Shown in pieces: positions 25,163 to 37,867 of a DNA stretch of 64,000 bases. The position numbers were made by a program, and so were the translations under genes. The notes under the pieces are model-generated. The model had not been told where the DNA came from. It ran no database searches and saw nothing but the letters and a program-made list of their open reading frames with translations. This stretch comes from Raillietiella orientalis (Eukaryota): contig JAYWIR010000103.1 of assembly GCA_036172245.1 (NCBI GenBank), positions 1 to 64,000 on the forward strand, read 5' to 3'. Each line of letters begins with the position of its first letter. The stretch's first letter is position 1.

Positions 25163-27612
25163 TTCATTAACTGGTTGCGCCGGGACGTTTATTCTTAATA
25201 TTCACTGAGAACTGTGTTTCCAGGCAAGGGGAACCGAAAATGGGGATAAGATTTCCCAAAACGCAGGCCGGGTACACTGAGATTTCGGAACGGAAGAGAG
25301 TGGGACAATAAATAAATAAATTTGGTGGGAGGATGGGGATAGGGGTATACAGTCTAAACGTTCCTATTCTCAGAACCGGCGGTGAATCCCGCCGATCTCC
25401 GTCCTCACTTCTGCTCCAAGGAGTGGCCACCCGGCGGCCATTTGCAGGTTGCCGGCTGCGGTGTCGGAAATCGATGTTGGGACTGCTCGCATCTGCAATA
25501 CGTGGCGGGCCTTTACAATGGCGCGGACGCAGCAGAGGATGGCCACGTCTGCTTCAAGAGAAAGGCGGCCACGCGTGTAGAAGCGGCGCATCCAATCGAG
25601 TGCGGTGTGTCCAAGGTGCAGGAGCGCTGAATACAACCGCCGCCACAGATCCTGGAGGGCACCGCACTCAAACAGCAAATGAGGAAGCGATTCCACCGCT
25701 TTGCATTGGTCACAGTTCGGGGAAGCAACTTATTCGGAAATCAGGTTCGCCCGCTGGTTGCAGTACAGCCCCCAATGCACCAGCATAAAAGCGTCCTATT
25801 TCCACCGAAGGAGGAAGAGAGTCGCGTCCAAACACGCAGAAGGGACCACAAGTTCATCTGTGGGCACCCCGAGGAGCTCACTCCACCGGAGAAGCCCCTT
25901 TGGAAGAATGCGAGGTGTGGCAGAGTCTGCCACTTCGCAAGTCCGCCAGCCGCCCAGCAGTTGGGTTTCGCCTGCGATTTCGCAAGTGATCACCCACCTC
26001 GCCGGCCGGTCACTGTCATCTCGCAACTTGAGTGCACACAGTGCTTCGGCGAGTGGCGAAGTGGCTAGGCGTGTCCACAGGTCCTGGTGCTCCAGCACCT
26101 ACCCCACTGGACAGTATGGGGAAAGTTTCACTCAACGGAGTTCCAAACGAGACACATCCAGTTGCGCTGCCCAGGACGATAAGGCTTCCTGCCTCCAGGC
26201 GTTAAAGTTCGTCGGCCGGCAGGAGATCCACTCATGCTTTCCCAGAAGCGTGGCGAGGCGCTTCAAAGGGAAGCCGAATCCACTGTGGGCGCGCTCCGTT
26301 CGCAGATGCAACGAAACTTCTCCGTCGCCACCCGTGCAGCGCTGCAGCAGCAGCCTCGCTGGAGCACACCAGCGAGTAGTGCAGAACTGCGCAAAAAGTG
26401 CCAGCATGCGGAACTTCACTAGCAGTTTGATCCGCTCCAGCGTCAGGATGCCCAATTCTGCATCCCGCCGAGGAGCCGCCAAGTCCTTCATGAGTATTCT
26501 GGACCTAGCCGGTTTCCACAGGGCGTTCCGAAACAGGCGTTGCACCCGGCGCTTAGCCAAGTAGGGAAGGGGACAAACAAAAAAGGAAGGACGGAGGAGG
26601 GGAACAAAGAAAATGTTCCACACGAAGGCCCGTTCCGACAGGGGAAACCTGCCGCCTTGGAACGGGCTCAGAGCAGTCTCGGCCTTGAGAAGGCAGTTCG
26701 ACCACGCTTCTACTGGACAGAAGGCGCCCAAGGGAACGCCGAGGTTCTTCATGCACCTGCCCTTGGGGACACCTGGCGGATCCAATGGGACTGCCCCTTT
26801 CACGTAGAGCCAACCGGTACAACGGTTGATTTCGTCCTGTTGACGCTCAGGCCCTTTATCCGACGAATGAGCTCGAAGAAGAACCTCGAGTCTGGACGCC
26901 GGGGTGGACATGGACAACAGCAGGAGAAGGTCGTCAGCATAGGCAGCCACCGCTGGTGTTCCCGGGCATGAGCTCAACAGGTTGGCCAGCGTCAGCTTGT
27001 ACGCCCTAAACACCAACTCGAAGAAGATGCTGAAAAGTAGGGGGCTTAAGCTGTCTCCCTGCCTGATACCCCGCCGTATAATAATGCCGTACATGTGGGG
27101 CCCGCTAAAAGAGATACAGCATAACGCGTAGCGCCAGCAGGAGCGCAAGTATGCGATGAGCTGCGTCGGGAGGCTAAGGCGTCCCAGAATCTTCAGAAAG
27201 AGGTCCTGGTTTACGCTGTCGAACGCTTTGCATAGATTGACTGCGACCGCTAAGGCTCCCTGCGTTCCATCGTGCCTTGAACCCCGCCGCTTACCTTTGG
27301 CAGCGGCGATTTTAGCTGCCTGGCACTACTGCGCCACGCGCTGCTGCAAATCGAACCATTTTAAAGGAAAGAAGAGATTCGCGTCCATGGACTGCCCCGG
27401 AACAGCATACGTCTGCTCCGGACTTACCAAGAACTCCGCGATTCTCCCCAGGCGAGCGACCCATAGCTTAGAGCACAACTTGACGTCCCAATTCACCAAG
27501 GTGATCGGACGCCAGTTGCTGAGGTGGCGCAAATCATCGTCTTTCTTCAGGAGCCGCACCTTTGCTGAGCGGAAAGAAGCGGGAAGATCTCCCGTCTCAA
27601 GCATCAGCGATC
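25163..27612 (-). mobile_element. LINE family F copy 2, RT to 3' end
   Basis: WRPITLVN, GIRQGDSLSPLLF, AYADD; 3' end aataaacgtcccggcgcaaccagttaatgaa. Confidence 0.88.
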
Positions 27613-27779
27613 GCAAGAGGCAGCGCCCCTCGCAATCGCTAGGTTTTTCCAAGTCCCACAAGGGGTGGGGTAAGTTTATTTTTCTATAAAAATACAATAA
27701 ATTTACATTCGCACTCTCATTCACTCAATACAAACATTTTGCACTTGGGGGTCCTTGGGTTCCACTAGAGTTCTGCTTT

Positions 27780-30700
27780 TCAGGGGGGAATTCCAGCTTG
27801 ATGTTCCCGGGCGTCGTCCTGGATCCTCTTCAGGATGAATTGGTACGTCCAGGCGTGGATCTTCCCGCAGTTCCTGATTGTGATTTGCCTCTTCAAGAGC
27901 CCTTGTAGAATCTCCATCGGTGTTGCACCTCTCCTGGCTTTCCTCATTTTCCACCACCGCACAAGTATGGCGGTGATGAAGAGGGCTCTGTCCGTCCTCA
28001 CCATGGGATTGTAACAGGGAACATTACCATCCCCATGAAACACCCGGCAAGGATCTCCATAACGGACTTGTGGCTAAGTCCTATGATCCTTTTCAGGATC
28101 AGCCAGTCATGCAGCAGTGTGGGACACGACAAGACGTGAAGTCTCGTGTCGTCGTCTCCACATGCTGCGCAGTCTCGGTCTTCCCGTCTTCCTGTGAAGT
28201 GCTGCAATTGGGACCCACTCTGGGTTCCTCCGTGATAAAACATCAGGAGGTCATCCTGGGTGCCCGGCGCAAGATCACTCCTCCAGAGCGTCGTCCCGAT
28301 CGCTACCAGGTTGAACCGTTTACTCCGGTAGCGTTCGGTGGCTTCCTGGAGGGCACTGGTGTCACGGTCGTTTTCTTAGATAAGCCTTCGGAGGTTTGTT
28401 CTGGTTACCCTCGACCATGCGAAGTCGTTGTGGTTGAAACACACTTCGCGGGTCCTGTGGGTAAACCTTCCTAACATCATCTCTGTATACCGAAGTATAC
28501 GAGTTTGATGTAGGTAGCCTCCTCGCCTCCACTACTGGATTTGCAGTAGGGTAACTCTGGAGGGCTGGTAGATCCAGCTTCTCGTATCCGGCGGGACAGG
28601 AAGCATCCAACGGATCACCAGGATAGACTCGTCCTGCCAGAGTTCCCTGCTTCGCGGCACGATCTTGATTTGGTGCTTCCGCACCAGCCGTTGCTTCCTC
28701 CTCCAGGTCGGGTCGATTGTTATCCATTCCCCTACTTTGCCTAGCAGCGCAGGCATCAGGCCTTTCGAGTTGTTAAGCAACAACGCGTAGGCCCTGTGCG
28801 CCGCATACGGCCAGTCATCCCAGAGAGTGGCAAAGTCCAGGATGTGTCGCGTATTCATGATTTCCATGGAATGTACAAGCGACTTCATCCCGGAACCGCC
28901 TTCTTCCCTGAGACAACACAGGGGTTTCGGTCTTACTCTTGGGCGATAGTGGCCCCAGAGTGTTTGTCTTTGAAGCTTCTCGAACTCCCTAGTAGTGTCC
29001 TTGCTCATCCTCGCGAAGGCCGCCCCGAAGAGCACTTCCGGAAGGAGTACTCCGTTCCATATGTTGGCCTTTCGCTTCATCCCAAGGTCCGTTCGGGTGT
29101 ACCTGGCTGCTTGCTTGGCCGTTTTCCCCAGGATTTCCTTCCACAGCAGCTTCGACGCAGAGCCGTCGCCGATGTAGACTCCCAGGTACTTGGCTGTGTC
29201 CACCGTACGGAATCCACTACCCGTTAGAGTGGAGAGGTTCAGGATTCCGACGGGCAAAAGCTGACTCTTCTGGGAATTGCATTTCAAGCCCAAGCCCTGT
29301 TCCATCAAGTCCACCACATCCAGAAACGCACACTGAGTTTTCTCTCCCTTGATAAAGGAGAGTAGATCATCAGAGTATGCCAGATGGGTAAGACGCTGGC
29401 CATCGATGGTAATCCCGCTCAGTCGACCGCTCTTCTGGATAAAGGACGACAACGCCTCCATATAGATGACGAACAGCATCGGACATAGCGAGTCGACCTG
29501 TGGGAGTCCTGGTTCCATCCTAATTGCTACTGTCTCCTGGCCGTTGATCTTGATCCTGCAGTACTGGTTCTAAAGTACCGCCCTCACGAGGTTGCTGAAG
29601 TGTTCTGGAAGCCTTAGGTTCTCCAGAAGCTTCAGCAGCATTTCGTGGTCGATGGAGTCGAAAGCCTTCTCCATGTCAGTGAACACCAGCACCAGGTTCT
29701 CGCCGACGTATCGACTGAGTGCAACAGTGGCCTGGGCACAGTTGACATTGTCCGACATGTGTCGTCCTGGGACTGCACATGTCTGGACCGGAGAGATCAG
29801 CCTCGACATGACCTTGCCTAAGCGGTTGGACCAGATCTTCGCCAACCACTTGGCATCGTAGTTTAGAATCGAGATTGGCCTCCATTGGGCGATCTGGGTA
29901 GAGTCGCCTCCTTTCGGCAGCAATCTCATCCGACTCTCGTAGAAGGACTGAGGTAGTCTGCCTTCTTCCCGGCTGCAGAGGGTCAACTGGTGGAACAAGC
30001 GCAGGTAGGCGTGCAGGTACCGCTGATAGTGCGTGATGGGTACACTGTCAGGGCCCGCTGCCACGTCCTTGCGAAGTTGCCCAAACGCAGTCTTCACCTC
30101 TTCTTCGGAGAACTCCTCCTCCAGTCTGTTCCGCTGGAGGTCGTCGATCCTCTTCTCGAGATAGCTCAAGAAGGCCTGTTGACTAGAGCGACACAGCTGT
30201 TGTCGCCTGAAGTGTTTCGTGTAATGCCTGTGAAAGGCATCCACGATGTCCTCAGACGACTGTCGCTTTTGGCCGTCGTACTGGATGAAGAAGATATCTG
30301 TTGCCAGATTTCTCTTCTCCAGCACGCCGACTTCCCCTTTTATGTTATTGAGGACGTACCGACTCTCGTACTGATCGAAGTACTTTGAGAGGGAGCGATC
30401 TGGGATGTTCAGCTCCCGGTACGCCTCTTGCCTCAAGCGCCTATCCCCGAACTGCATGTTCGCAAACAGGTGTATCCTGTGTTTCAGGCTGTCCCAGTCG
30501 GCGACTCTTCGGATTGTTGTTGCCCTCAGAATCGCCTCCAGGACAGCCTGATGTCCGGGATGGGTTTCGAACCAGGCGGGCATGCTGATGAGCGCTGCCC
30601 TGGTGCCTTGCCTGCGCCGAGGATTCTCCGTTCTTAGGGAAAACCGCACCAGGGGGTGATCGGACACCGTAGTCATAGTGTCGCGAAACCCCTGGATGCG

Positions 30701-31297
30701 GTTCCCAAGTTCGGTGCTGTGCAGGACGTGATCGATTGGATTGTGGCTTGCTGTTCGCCAGACCAGTCCGAACTCCTCGGATAGCCGTCGATACGCCGTC
30801 CTTCCTCTGGCGTCTTCCGAATGAATGACCTCATCCAAGATGTTGAGATCGCCAGCAACAATCACGACGTCCTTCGGGGCGACCATTTGCCGAAGTGTTG
30901 CATGCAGCGCCTCCGCACTACGATGTTTTAGCCTGTACGGCCCGTACACGTTCACCAGGATAAGGTGAACAGTTGCGGTCCAGGCCAGTCGCACGCCGAT
31001 GATTCGTCCGGGTTGGGGACAGAACACTCCCAGAATAGTGGGGGCTAAGTGGTTCTTTATTAGCACCGCCACACCCTTCGTATTCCGTTCTCCTTCGTTG
31101 ACGAACATCTGCCCGTTGAATCGCCGTTCCATTCGCTGGCTTATCTCCAGACCCATCCTGTGGGTCTCCTGCAGGCACACGATGTCTTGTTGTGCGATGG
31201 TTCGCACAATCCTTCTTCTTTTTCCCTGGTCGACCACACCGTTTACGTTCCAGGAGGCGATGTTCATCCTCCCGGCGGTCGATAGGGAAGAGGCCAT
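27780..31297 (-). pseudogene. ORF2 (APE-RT) of family B copy 4
   Basis: Open 31297-29570 (WNVNG, LQETH, GDLN, IDH, SDH, DMEKAFD), then stops/indels; YSDD. Confidence 0.92.
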
Positions 31298-31310
31298 AAA
31301 AGGGGAAGAC

Positions 31311-33020
31311 CTATTTTTTGGCCTTCCTGAGCTTCTTCTGTCTGAGAGAGCGTGCTCTTCCAGACAATGAAGAAGCAGAGGGCTTCTCGCTGCCGGCGTC
31401 ACTCTCCGTACCTGTGAGGTCGGTAATTTCCGCCTCCTCCGTAGAGCGTTCCGCCTGCGCGATCAATTTTCGAGATAGCGCCTCTATTTCGACCTTGGCG
31501 CAGAAGTTCGCCTTCACGTCGAGAAGCTGTTCCTCTAACTTCTCGCGTTCAGCGACCTCCACCACCTGGTTGATGTTCTCTTGTGGAGTGCAGATCTTCT
31601 GCAAGATTTTCTCTTGCTGAGGACCGCTCTGCACCTCCATGATCTCCTCCGCCAGTGTTGTCAACTCCTCCGTAGTCTGCAGAGCCTCCTGCGACACTTT
31701 AGTGGCTTCCTGTCTCTCTTCCTTCGCGCCTTCCTGCGCTACCTCCATCTTCTCGCCTTCCTGCTCTGCTGCTTCCAGGATTTGAGGAGTTCCTTGCTCC
31801 TTGACGAGCATCCTCCTCTTTCCCTTCTTTCCCACTCCTATGAAGCCGTCCGCCGACACCGGGACACCTTCTTTTACTTTTTTTTGTTTTCCTGCCTTCT
31901 GAGGCGGTTCGGCCTCCTTGATGTTTCTCTCTCTCACGGGAGAGAGACCTCGAATCCTTCTGCAGTTTTCAAACTCCGGACAGCTCCATTTCGCATGTCC
32001 GTGTTTCTTGCAGAAGGAGCACACCTCCGGATGCGGGCAGTTTCGGACTTGATGTCCTACTTTGCCGCAGCGGAAACCACGACTCGTTGGGCAAGAGCCG
32101 GCCCTGTGGCCGAACTGCTTGCACCCGGTGCAGAATACCGGTTGTTGCCGGTAACGCACATTCACTCCCTGGGGTTGTTCGTCAATAACGGCCAATCCAG
32201 GGATCACCGCTCCCTCCCTCAACTTCATCTTGGCGATCATGTCGCCAGAAAATATGTTTCCAGAGAAGTTCTGGAAATCAAGGTCCAGAACTTCCCCAAA
32301 CTGCTCCAAGTGATTCCACACCGCTAGTTGCGGGGTGAGGATGGAGATGCCGTTTAAAAAGACGGTTGTGTATGGCATCTCGCCAATACCACAAACCATC
32401 CGTCCTTGTATATTGATCCCCTTCTGGATCAATCGTTCTCTAATGTTTTCACAGTCTGTAAAGACTGTGAACCCGTTGTTCGATGGAATGATCGCCTGAA
32501 TGCGATCAAAGTCTATGTCCGTCTTGTCGAGGGACAAATAGACCTCCCTGATGTTATTAAATTTTATTAGCCCCGTCTTGAAGATAATAAGCTTCACGTT
32601 GGGGTCTATTTCGACTATTGGTCGGTCCACTTTTAGAACTTTTCCGCTAAGCGGCTTACCGAATTTCCGAGGAGGGTGGACACTTGCCTGTCCAGCCGTC
32701 ACCGACGCATAAGAAAAGGGCTGCGACGCCGCAGCCGAACAAGATGGCGTCGCTTCCTGCACCGTGTGGACGCCCGCGGGTCCCGCCTGGGACGCCACCG
32801 CCGCGGGCGCAAACCTCGACGTTGCAGCCGTTACCGCCGCGGGCGGCACCCTCAGCATCGCCGCCGCAGGCGCGACCTTCCCCGCCGCTGGCACGATCCT
32901 CGGCGTCGCCGCCGCGGGCACGACCTCCGCCGTCGTCGCTGCGGGCACGACCCTTGGCATCGGCGCCGCCGGCGCGGCAAAGCCCGCCGCGGGCGCGATC
33001 CTCGGCATGCCTGCCGCCAC
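31311..33020 (-). CDS. ORF1 protein of family B copy 4 (Ala-rich repeats, RRM-like region, three CCHC-type knuckles, acidic/basic tail)
   Basis: 569 open codons; CTGCKQFGHRAGSC, FRCGKVGHQVRNC, CSFCKKHGHAKWSC; the natural start is probably further upstream, beyond a TGA. Confidence 0.85.
   Translation of the reverse strand: MAAGMPRIAPAAGFAAPAAPMPRVVPAATTAEVVPAAATPRIVPAAGKVAPAAAMLRVPPAAVTAATSRFAPAAVASQAGPAGVHTVQEATPSCSAAASQPFSYASVTAGQASVHPPRKFGKPLSGKVLKVDRPIVEIDPNVKLIIFKTGLIKFNNIREVYLSLDKTDIDFDRIQAIIPSNNGFTVFTDCENIRERLIQKGINIQGRMVCGIGEMPYTTVFLNGISILTPQLAVWNHLEQFGEVLDLDFQNFSGNIFSGDMIAKMKLREGAVIPGLAVIDEQPQGVNVRYRQQPVFCTGCKQFGHRAGSCPTSRGFRCGKVGHQVRNCPHPEVCSFCKKHGHAKWSCPEFENCRRIRGLSPVRERNIKEAEPPQKAGKQKKVKEGVPVSADGFIGVGKKGKRRMLVKEQGTPQILEAAEQEGEKMEVAQEGAKEERQEATKVSQEALQTTEELTTLAEEIMEVQSGPQQEKILQKICTPQENINQVVEVAEREKLEEQLLDVKANFCAKVEIEALSRKLIAQAERSTEEAEITDLTGTESDAGSEKPSASSLSGRARSLRQKKLRKAKK
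32790..33020 (-). repeat. Degenerate ~21-30 bp coding tandem repeat in family B ORF1 (MPRIAPAAG/MPRVVPAAT/TPRIVPAAG)
   Basis: Recurring gccgcgggcacgacc/gccgcgggcgcgatc units; also ~15230-15440 and ~9550-9750. Confidence 0.75.
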
Positions 33021-33942
33021 CTCGCCGTTGCCTCACGTTACCTGCATGGCTTCCATGGGGGACGACGGTCTCTCCACTCCTCCTCTATGTGTCTGCATCC
33101 TGGCAGCTGGTCTTGCTGCACGGGACCACTGCAGGTCTTTTGCCGCGATCTCCTCGCCGCTTCTTTTTTTTTAGTTTCGTCTGGAAAACTTCCCCTCTCC
33201 GGGAACACACGAGCACAATTAACTGATTACTTTGTCAAGCGCACAATACTTTGAGCCGCGGAGCAAGTTCACCCACTCGGCAAGAGAGGAGCAATCTCCC
33301 GACTGTCAAGAAGGTGACTCTGTTGCCGCCTTTGAAAGGCGTAGCAAAAGCAACGCCCCCAGAGAACGCAGCGGAAATCCCGGAGGTTTCCGCAATTACT
33401 GTCGCGGAAGCCTCCGAAAAACGCGAAGGCGAATGGAAGGTTGTGGAGAGGAGGAAAGAAAAATCTCCAAAAAAAGCTCCGCAACATCCATCCCTGAGCT
33501 CTTTCAAAGGAAAAAGCAGTCGCTGGAATACGAAAACACGCGCGGCTTGTGCCTCTTCCCAGGAAAAAGCCAGCGCCTTCAACGCGTACAGGTCCGCTTC
33601 TGTGACCGCCGAGAAGTCCATTCCTGTGCAATCGAACGGATGCAAGCGCACGTCGATCGTGCGAGCATCAGACTCCTCAAAGGAGTCCGATAGCGCCGCT
33701 GAACGACGCGTTACTCGCGCGGGAGCGAGCGCCCGCAGGGCTGAAGCCATGAGGCGTGACACACTCGCCGCGGAACAGCGAGTGCTTACCCCGGAACCCA
33801 CAGGTTCTGCACCCGGGGAGGAGCACCCGATTACGTGCAGCACAGTTGAGGCCGGTGGCGTCTGCGCCCTCCAGCCCGTCGTGCTGCTTACTGCCAGCTC
33901 GCCGGGTGAGGCGAGCACCACGGCCTTGCTTTCCCAGCCGTG

Positions 33943-36900
33943 ATGAGGGCAATCGCGTCTTCTCGTCGTGTTGCCGTAACGTCTTGGAACGTCAACGGGC
34001 TCCAACACGAGGAGGAGAGGCGACTAGTGGCTGACACTCTGCGCGCCTTCGACTTGACGCTCCTGCAGGAGATTCACAGCATCTCCGGAGAGCAGGCTGC
34101 CGAAATCGTACGGCGCGCGGGCGGAACGGTACTTCATAGGTGCGGCCTTGCACGTACGTGCGGCGTCGCTTTCCTCGGGCGAGGAACATTGGCGGGAGCG
34201 GTGCACAGCGTTCGTTTCGACACGGAAGGCCGAGTGGAACAGCTTTTACTTGAGTGCTCCGACTCGATCGACCTTGTCGTAACCAACGTGTACGCGCCGA
34301 GCGATGCTGGACGATGGGCCGAAAGGATTGAGTTCTTCGGTACCCTTCAAAGCCAGTGGCTCACTCGATCTCACCCTACTGTGGCCCATCTCATTGCGGG
34401 GGACTTTAACGTCCACCTGCTTTCCGAGAATAGATCCCACAAAAGGGAAAAGTTGCTAGCGGAAGAGATGTGCTCGTCCGTGCACGCGTGCAACTTGTTC
34501 GCTAGCGACCCTGTTATGGCAGCAACGCCGGACCACGTATACCTTGATGAACAGTTGCTCTGTTGAGTGGGTCGGAGAGGTCCCGTGCCGTCCGTGCATT
34601 CAGACCACAACAGGCTCGAGTTCGAGTTGCTCCCGCCAGGCAAGGGGCCTCCGAACTGTTTTTGGAGGATGCCGGCAGACTGGTTAAGCCACCCGGAGGC
34701 GGCTGAGCATCTTCGCCAGTACCTCCTTGGCTGTGCCATAAGTGAGCTCGAGGACTGGGACGATCTGAAAAGATCGGTCCGCGAGTTCTGCTGCCGGTTT
34801 CCCTTGCACCAGCTTCCGCGCGGCTTCGGAGAGGGCGTAGCCAACAGCAGAGATTTTCCACAGGCCCGCTCCGTTTCCAGGCGCGCGGACGTTGGTCGAT
34901 TATCCGAGTACAAGGCCAAGGCCGAGCGCAAGGTCTGGCAGTCAGGGGCGACAGTTCTGCTCGACGACCAGGACCGGGAATGCTCGGCTCCAGCCGACGT
35001 GCGACGGATAGTCAGGCGCAATAACTCTTCTCTGTATGCAGAGGCACCGACGGAGCGCAGCCTCTCCCGGCTGCTTCTGCCGATTGATGCACCTGTTGTA
35101 GACGACAAGGAACGCGGGCGTCTTGATGAGCCCTTCACAGCAGAGGAAATTTCCTCGGCCATCTCGGGGCTCAAGAGACGAAAAGCGCCAGGCGAAGATG
35201 GGCTCCCCGCGGAATTCTTTCAGTGTTTTGCGGCGGAGCTCATCCCTCTGGTGCTCCAGCTCTCGTCGCTGATGCGAGACTCGGGCGATGTCCCCGCCTC
35301 GTTTCGCTCAGCGAAGGTGCGTCTACTGCCGAAAGGCGGAGATTTGCGCCAACTGAACAACTGGCGTCCGATCACATTAGTGAATTCGGACGTCAAGTTG
35401 TTCTCGAAACTTTGGGTGGAGCGGATGGGTAGGATCGCGGAATCCTTGGTAAGTCCGGAGCAGACGTCCGGTGTTCCTGGGCGGTCCATGGACGCGAATC
35501 TCTTGTTCATCCGCACATGGCTGCAATTGCAGCATCGTGTGGCGGTGGATCGTCGTGCGGAAGCAACGCCTTCGATCTCTCACCGACGGAGGCACGGGAC
35601 GCAAAGGGAGACACCGGGAGCCTTGGCAGTTGCAGTCGATCTGCACAAAGCTTTCGATTGCGTGAACCAAAAGCTTCTTCTTTAGCTTATGGAACGTCTT
35701 GGTCTTCCGGCATCCCTGTTGGCGTACTTGCGCTCCTGCTGGCGCCACGCGATTACATCCATTGTTTTCAGTGGCTGTCGCGTGTACGGCGTGCCGGTAC
35801 GACGAGGATTTAGGCAGGGTGACAGCTTAAGCCCACTGCTCTTCAGCATTCATTTTGAATTGGTGCTGGAGGCTTACAGGCTGACGCTAGCCAACCTGCC
35901 GAGCTCCTGTCCAGGTACGCCGGCCGTGGCAGCCTATGCCGACGACCTGCTTCTCCTGTTGCCAATGTCCACCCCGGCGACATCGCTTGAAGACTTCTTT
36001 GAGTTGATTCGTGCGGTGCGGGCGTGAGCGTTAATAGGAGTAAGTGTATGGTTGTTCCGGTGGGTGCGACGTGGGAGGGGCAGTCCGACTGGATCGATCC
36101 GGGGATCCCCACGGGCAGGTACCTCAGGTACCTTGGCGTGCCGTTGGGCGACTTCTGCATCTCAGAAGCGTGGTCGGACTGCCTTCGGAAGGCAGAGCGT
36201 GCACTTAGCCCGTTTTCAGGAGGCGAGTTCGTCTTGCCGGAACGGGCCTGCATCTGGAACACCTTCGTTGCCCCCCTCCTCCGCCCCCTGTTTTTTGTTT
36301 GTCCACCCCCCCAGGAAGTCAAAGTCTGGGCGCAGCGCCTTCTACGCAAAGCGGTGTGGGGCGCTGCAAGATCCCGTGTTAGACTTAAAGACTTGGTGGC
36401 GCCGCGTCAGGATGCAGGCTTGGGCATCCTCGACTTAAACAGCATCGAACTGCAGGTGCAGTTTCGCATGCTGCGGCTCTGTGCCAAGCTGTGGTGTACG
36501 CCGTGGTGCTTACCCGCACGCCTCATACTGAGGCGCTGCACGGGAAGCGAGGGACTGCTTTCGTTGCTACCCCACTTTCGGCACACCAGAATAGGGTTTG
36601 GCTTCCCGCTGAGGCAGCTGTCCTCACTGCTGGAAGCACAAAGCTGGATCTCCTGCCGCCCCATGAACATTAATGCATGGCGGCAGGAATCTTTTTCATC
36701 GTGGGCAGCTTCCGAAGGAACGCGCCCGGAAGATCTTCGACGCCTGCGACTTCTCCTCAGTCATCAAATGGACGAAGTCATGCAGGACAAGAAGTTGTCG
36801 GATCGTCTGGCCGCCACACCACTCGCCGTAGCGCTGTCTGCCCTCATGGCAAGCAACGACGGTTGCCTACCGGCGGAATGGGAGTTCTCCTGCAAAATAG

Positions 36901-37514
36901 CGGGAGTCAGTAAGCTCCTCGGCAGCTGGACGACAAAGGAGCTGGTGCAAGCCGCCACACCTCGGAATCGGGCGAAGGGACTGCTTCGGTGGAGCGAACA
37001 TTTGAGTGTGCCCCCCGGAGAGATAGTGGTTCCCCCCGTTTGTTTGGACAGCTCCGTGTTCCCCCTTAAGTGGAAACAAGATGTGCTGCTCTTTTTACAT
37101 TGTGCATTTCACTGTAATAGGCAGCGAAGCATCGTTTCAGGGGGAGCTGCTTTGCCAAACTGTTTAAGGTGCGGAGAGATCGAGTCTTTTCCGCACCTTT
37201 TGTTGGACTGCGGTGACCTCCGGGAACTGTGGCGAAGGCTCACTTCGGCCATCATGCCACAAGGAGGCACTGCCATTGATGTGCTGCGGGGCTTCTTCAG
37301 CAGAAATGGACTTTCGGTTGGCGCGATTGTCGCAACCATGTGTTGCGTTCGCGCCATCGTGAAGGCCCGCTACGCCCTGGAGTTGTCATCGCAGCGAAGG
37401 GAGGCTCACCTGCTTGCAGCTCAATTCATGGAGAAGGCTTCAAGGTGGTCTCATCTTCGTGACAAGGTGAATGAGGACATCACCGGCATACATCGCCGGT
37501 TTACACACCTTTGA
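33943..37514 (+). pseudogene. ORF2 of family E copy 2 (~1190 codons; 2 stops and 1 frameshift)
   Basis: ORF pieces 33940-34566, 34567-35685, 35689-36027 and 36024-37514 join into APE-RT(YADD)-CLRCGE..H...C. Confidence 0.93.
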
Positions 37515-37837
37515 GAACGGCGTAATCCGGTGACCCCTGCGACCCCTCGCCCACCCATACCCCGTCCCCGTTCGCTCGGTAAAATTTCCGGTGCCCATGC
37601 TTTTATCCCCGTGTCTTCCAGAGCGATCCCAAAGACCCTTATCCCGTCCTCCTTATTCATTGTTTTTATTTTATTTTGGTTTCTTTGTGTTCCCTGCCCC
37701 CCCACACCGTTCACAAAACTGTTACTCTGGCCTGCGTGCCAGCAATATTCTCTTCATTCTTGTTCAGTCGTCGGTTGGGAGTTTGGTTCCCAACTGGTTT
37801 ATTTTGTATAATTGCTTTTTTTGGTTATGTTATATGG

Positions 37838-37867
37838 AATAAACGCCCCGGCGTGACCGGGTGAGAA
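37838..37867 (+). terminator. 3'-end module: AATAAA poly(A) signal + CCCGG-CGTGA-CCGGG hairpin + short A
   Basis: Same module at 42733-42762, 60738-60767, 23923-23953, 16307-16337(-), 50087-50118(-), 56227-56256(-), 61313-61343(-). Confidence 0.7.

Larger units (their letters stand above)
27644..33274 (-). mobile_element. LINE family B copy 4, full length (~5.63 kb), inserted antisense in E-family ORF1
   Basis: ORF1 + ORF2 colinear with copy 3; both flanks match the E ORF1 target. Confidence 0.94.
33275..37867 (+). mobile_element. LINE family E copy 2 (ORF1 3' half, near-intact ORF2, 3' UTR)
   Basis: TGATG stop/start at 33941-33945; complete EN-RT-C-terminus; AATAAA-hairpin end. Confidence 0.94.
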
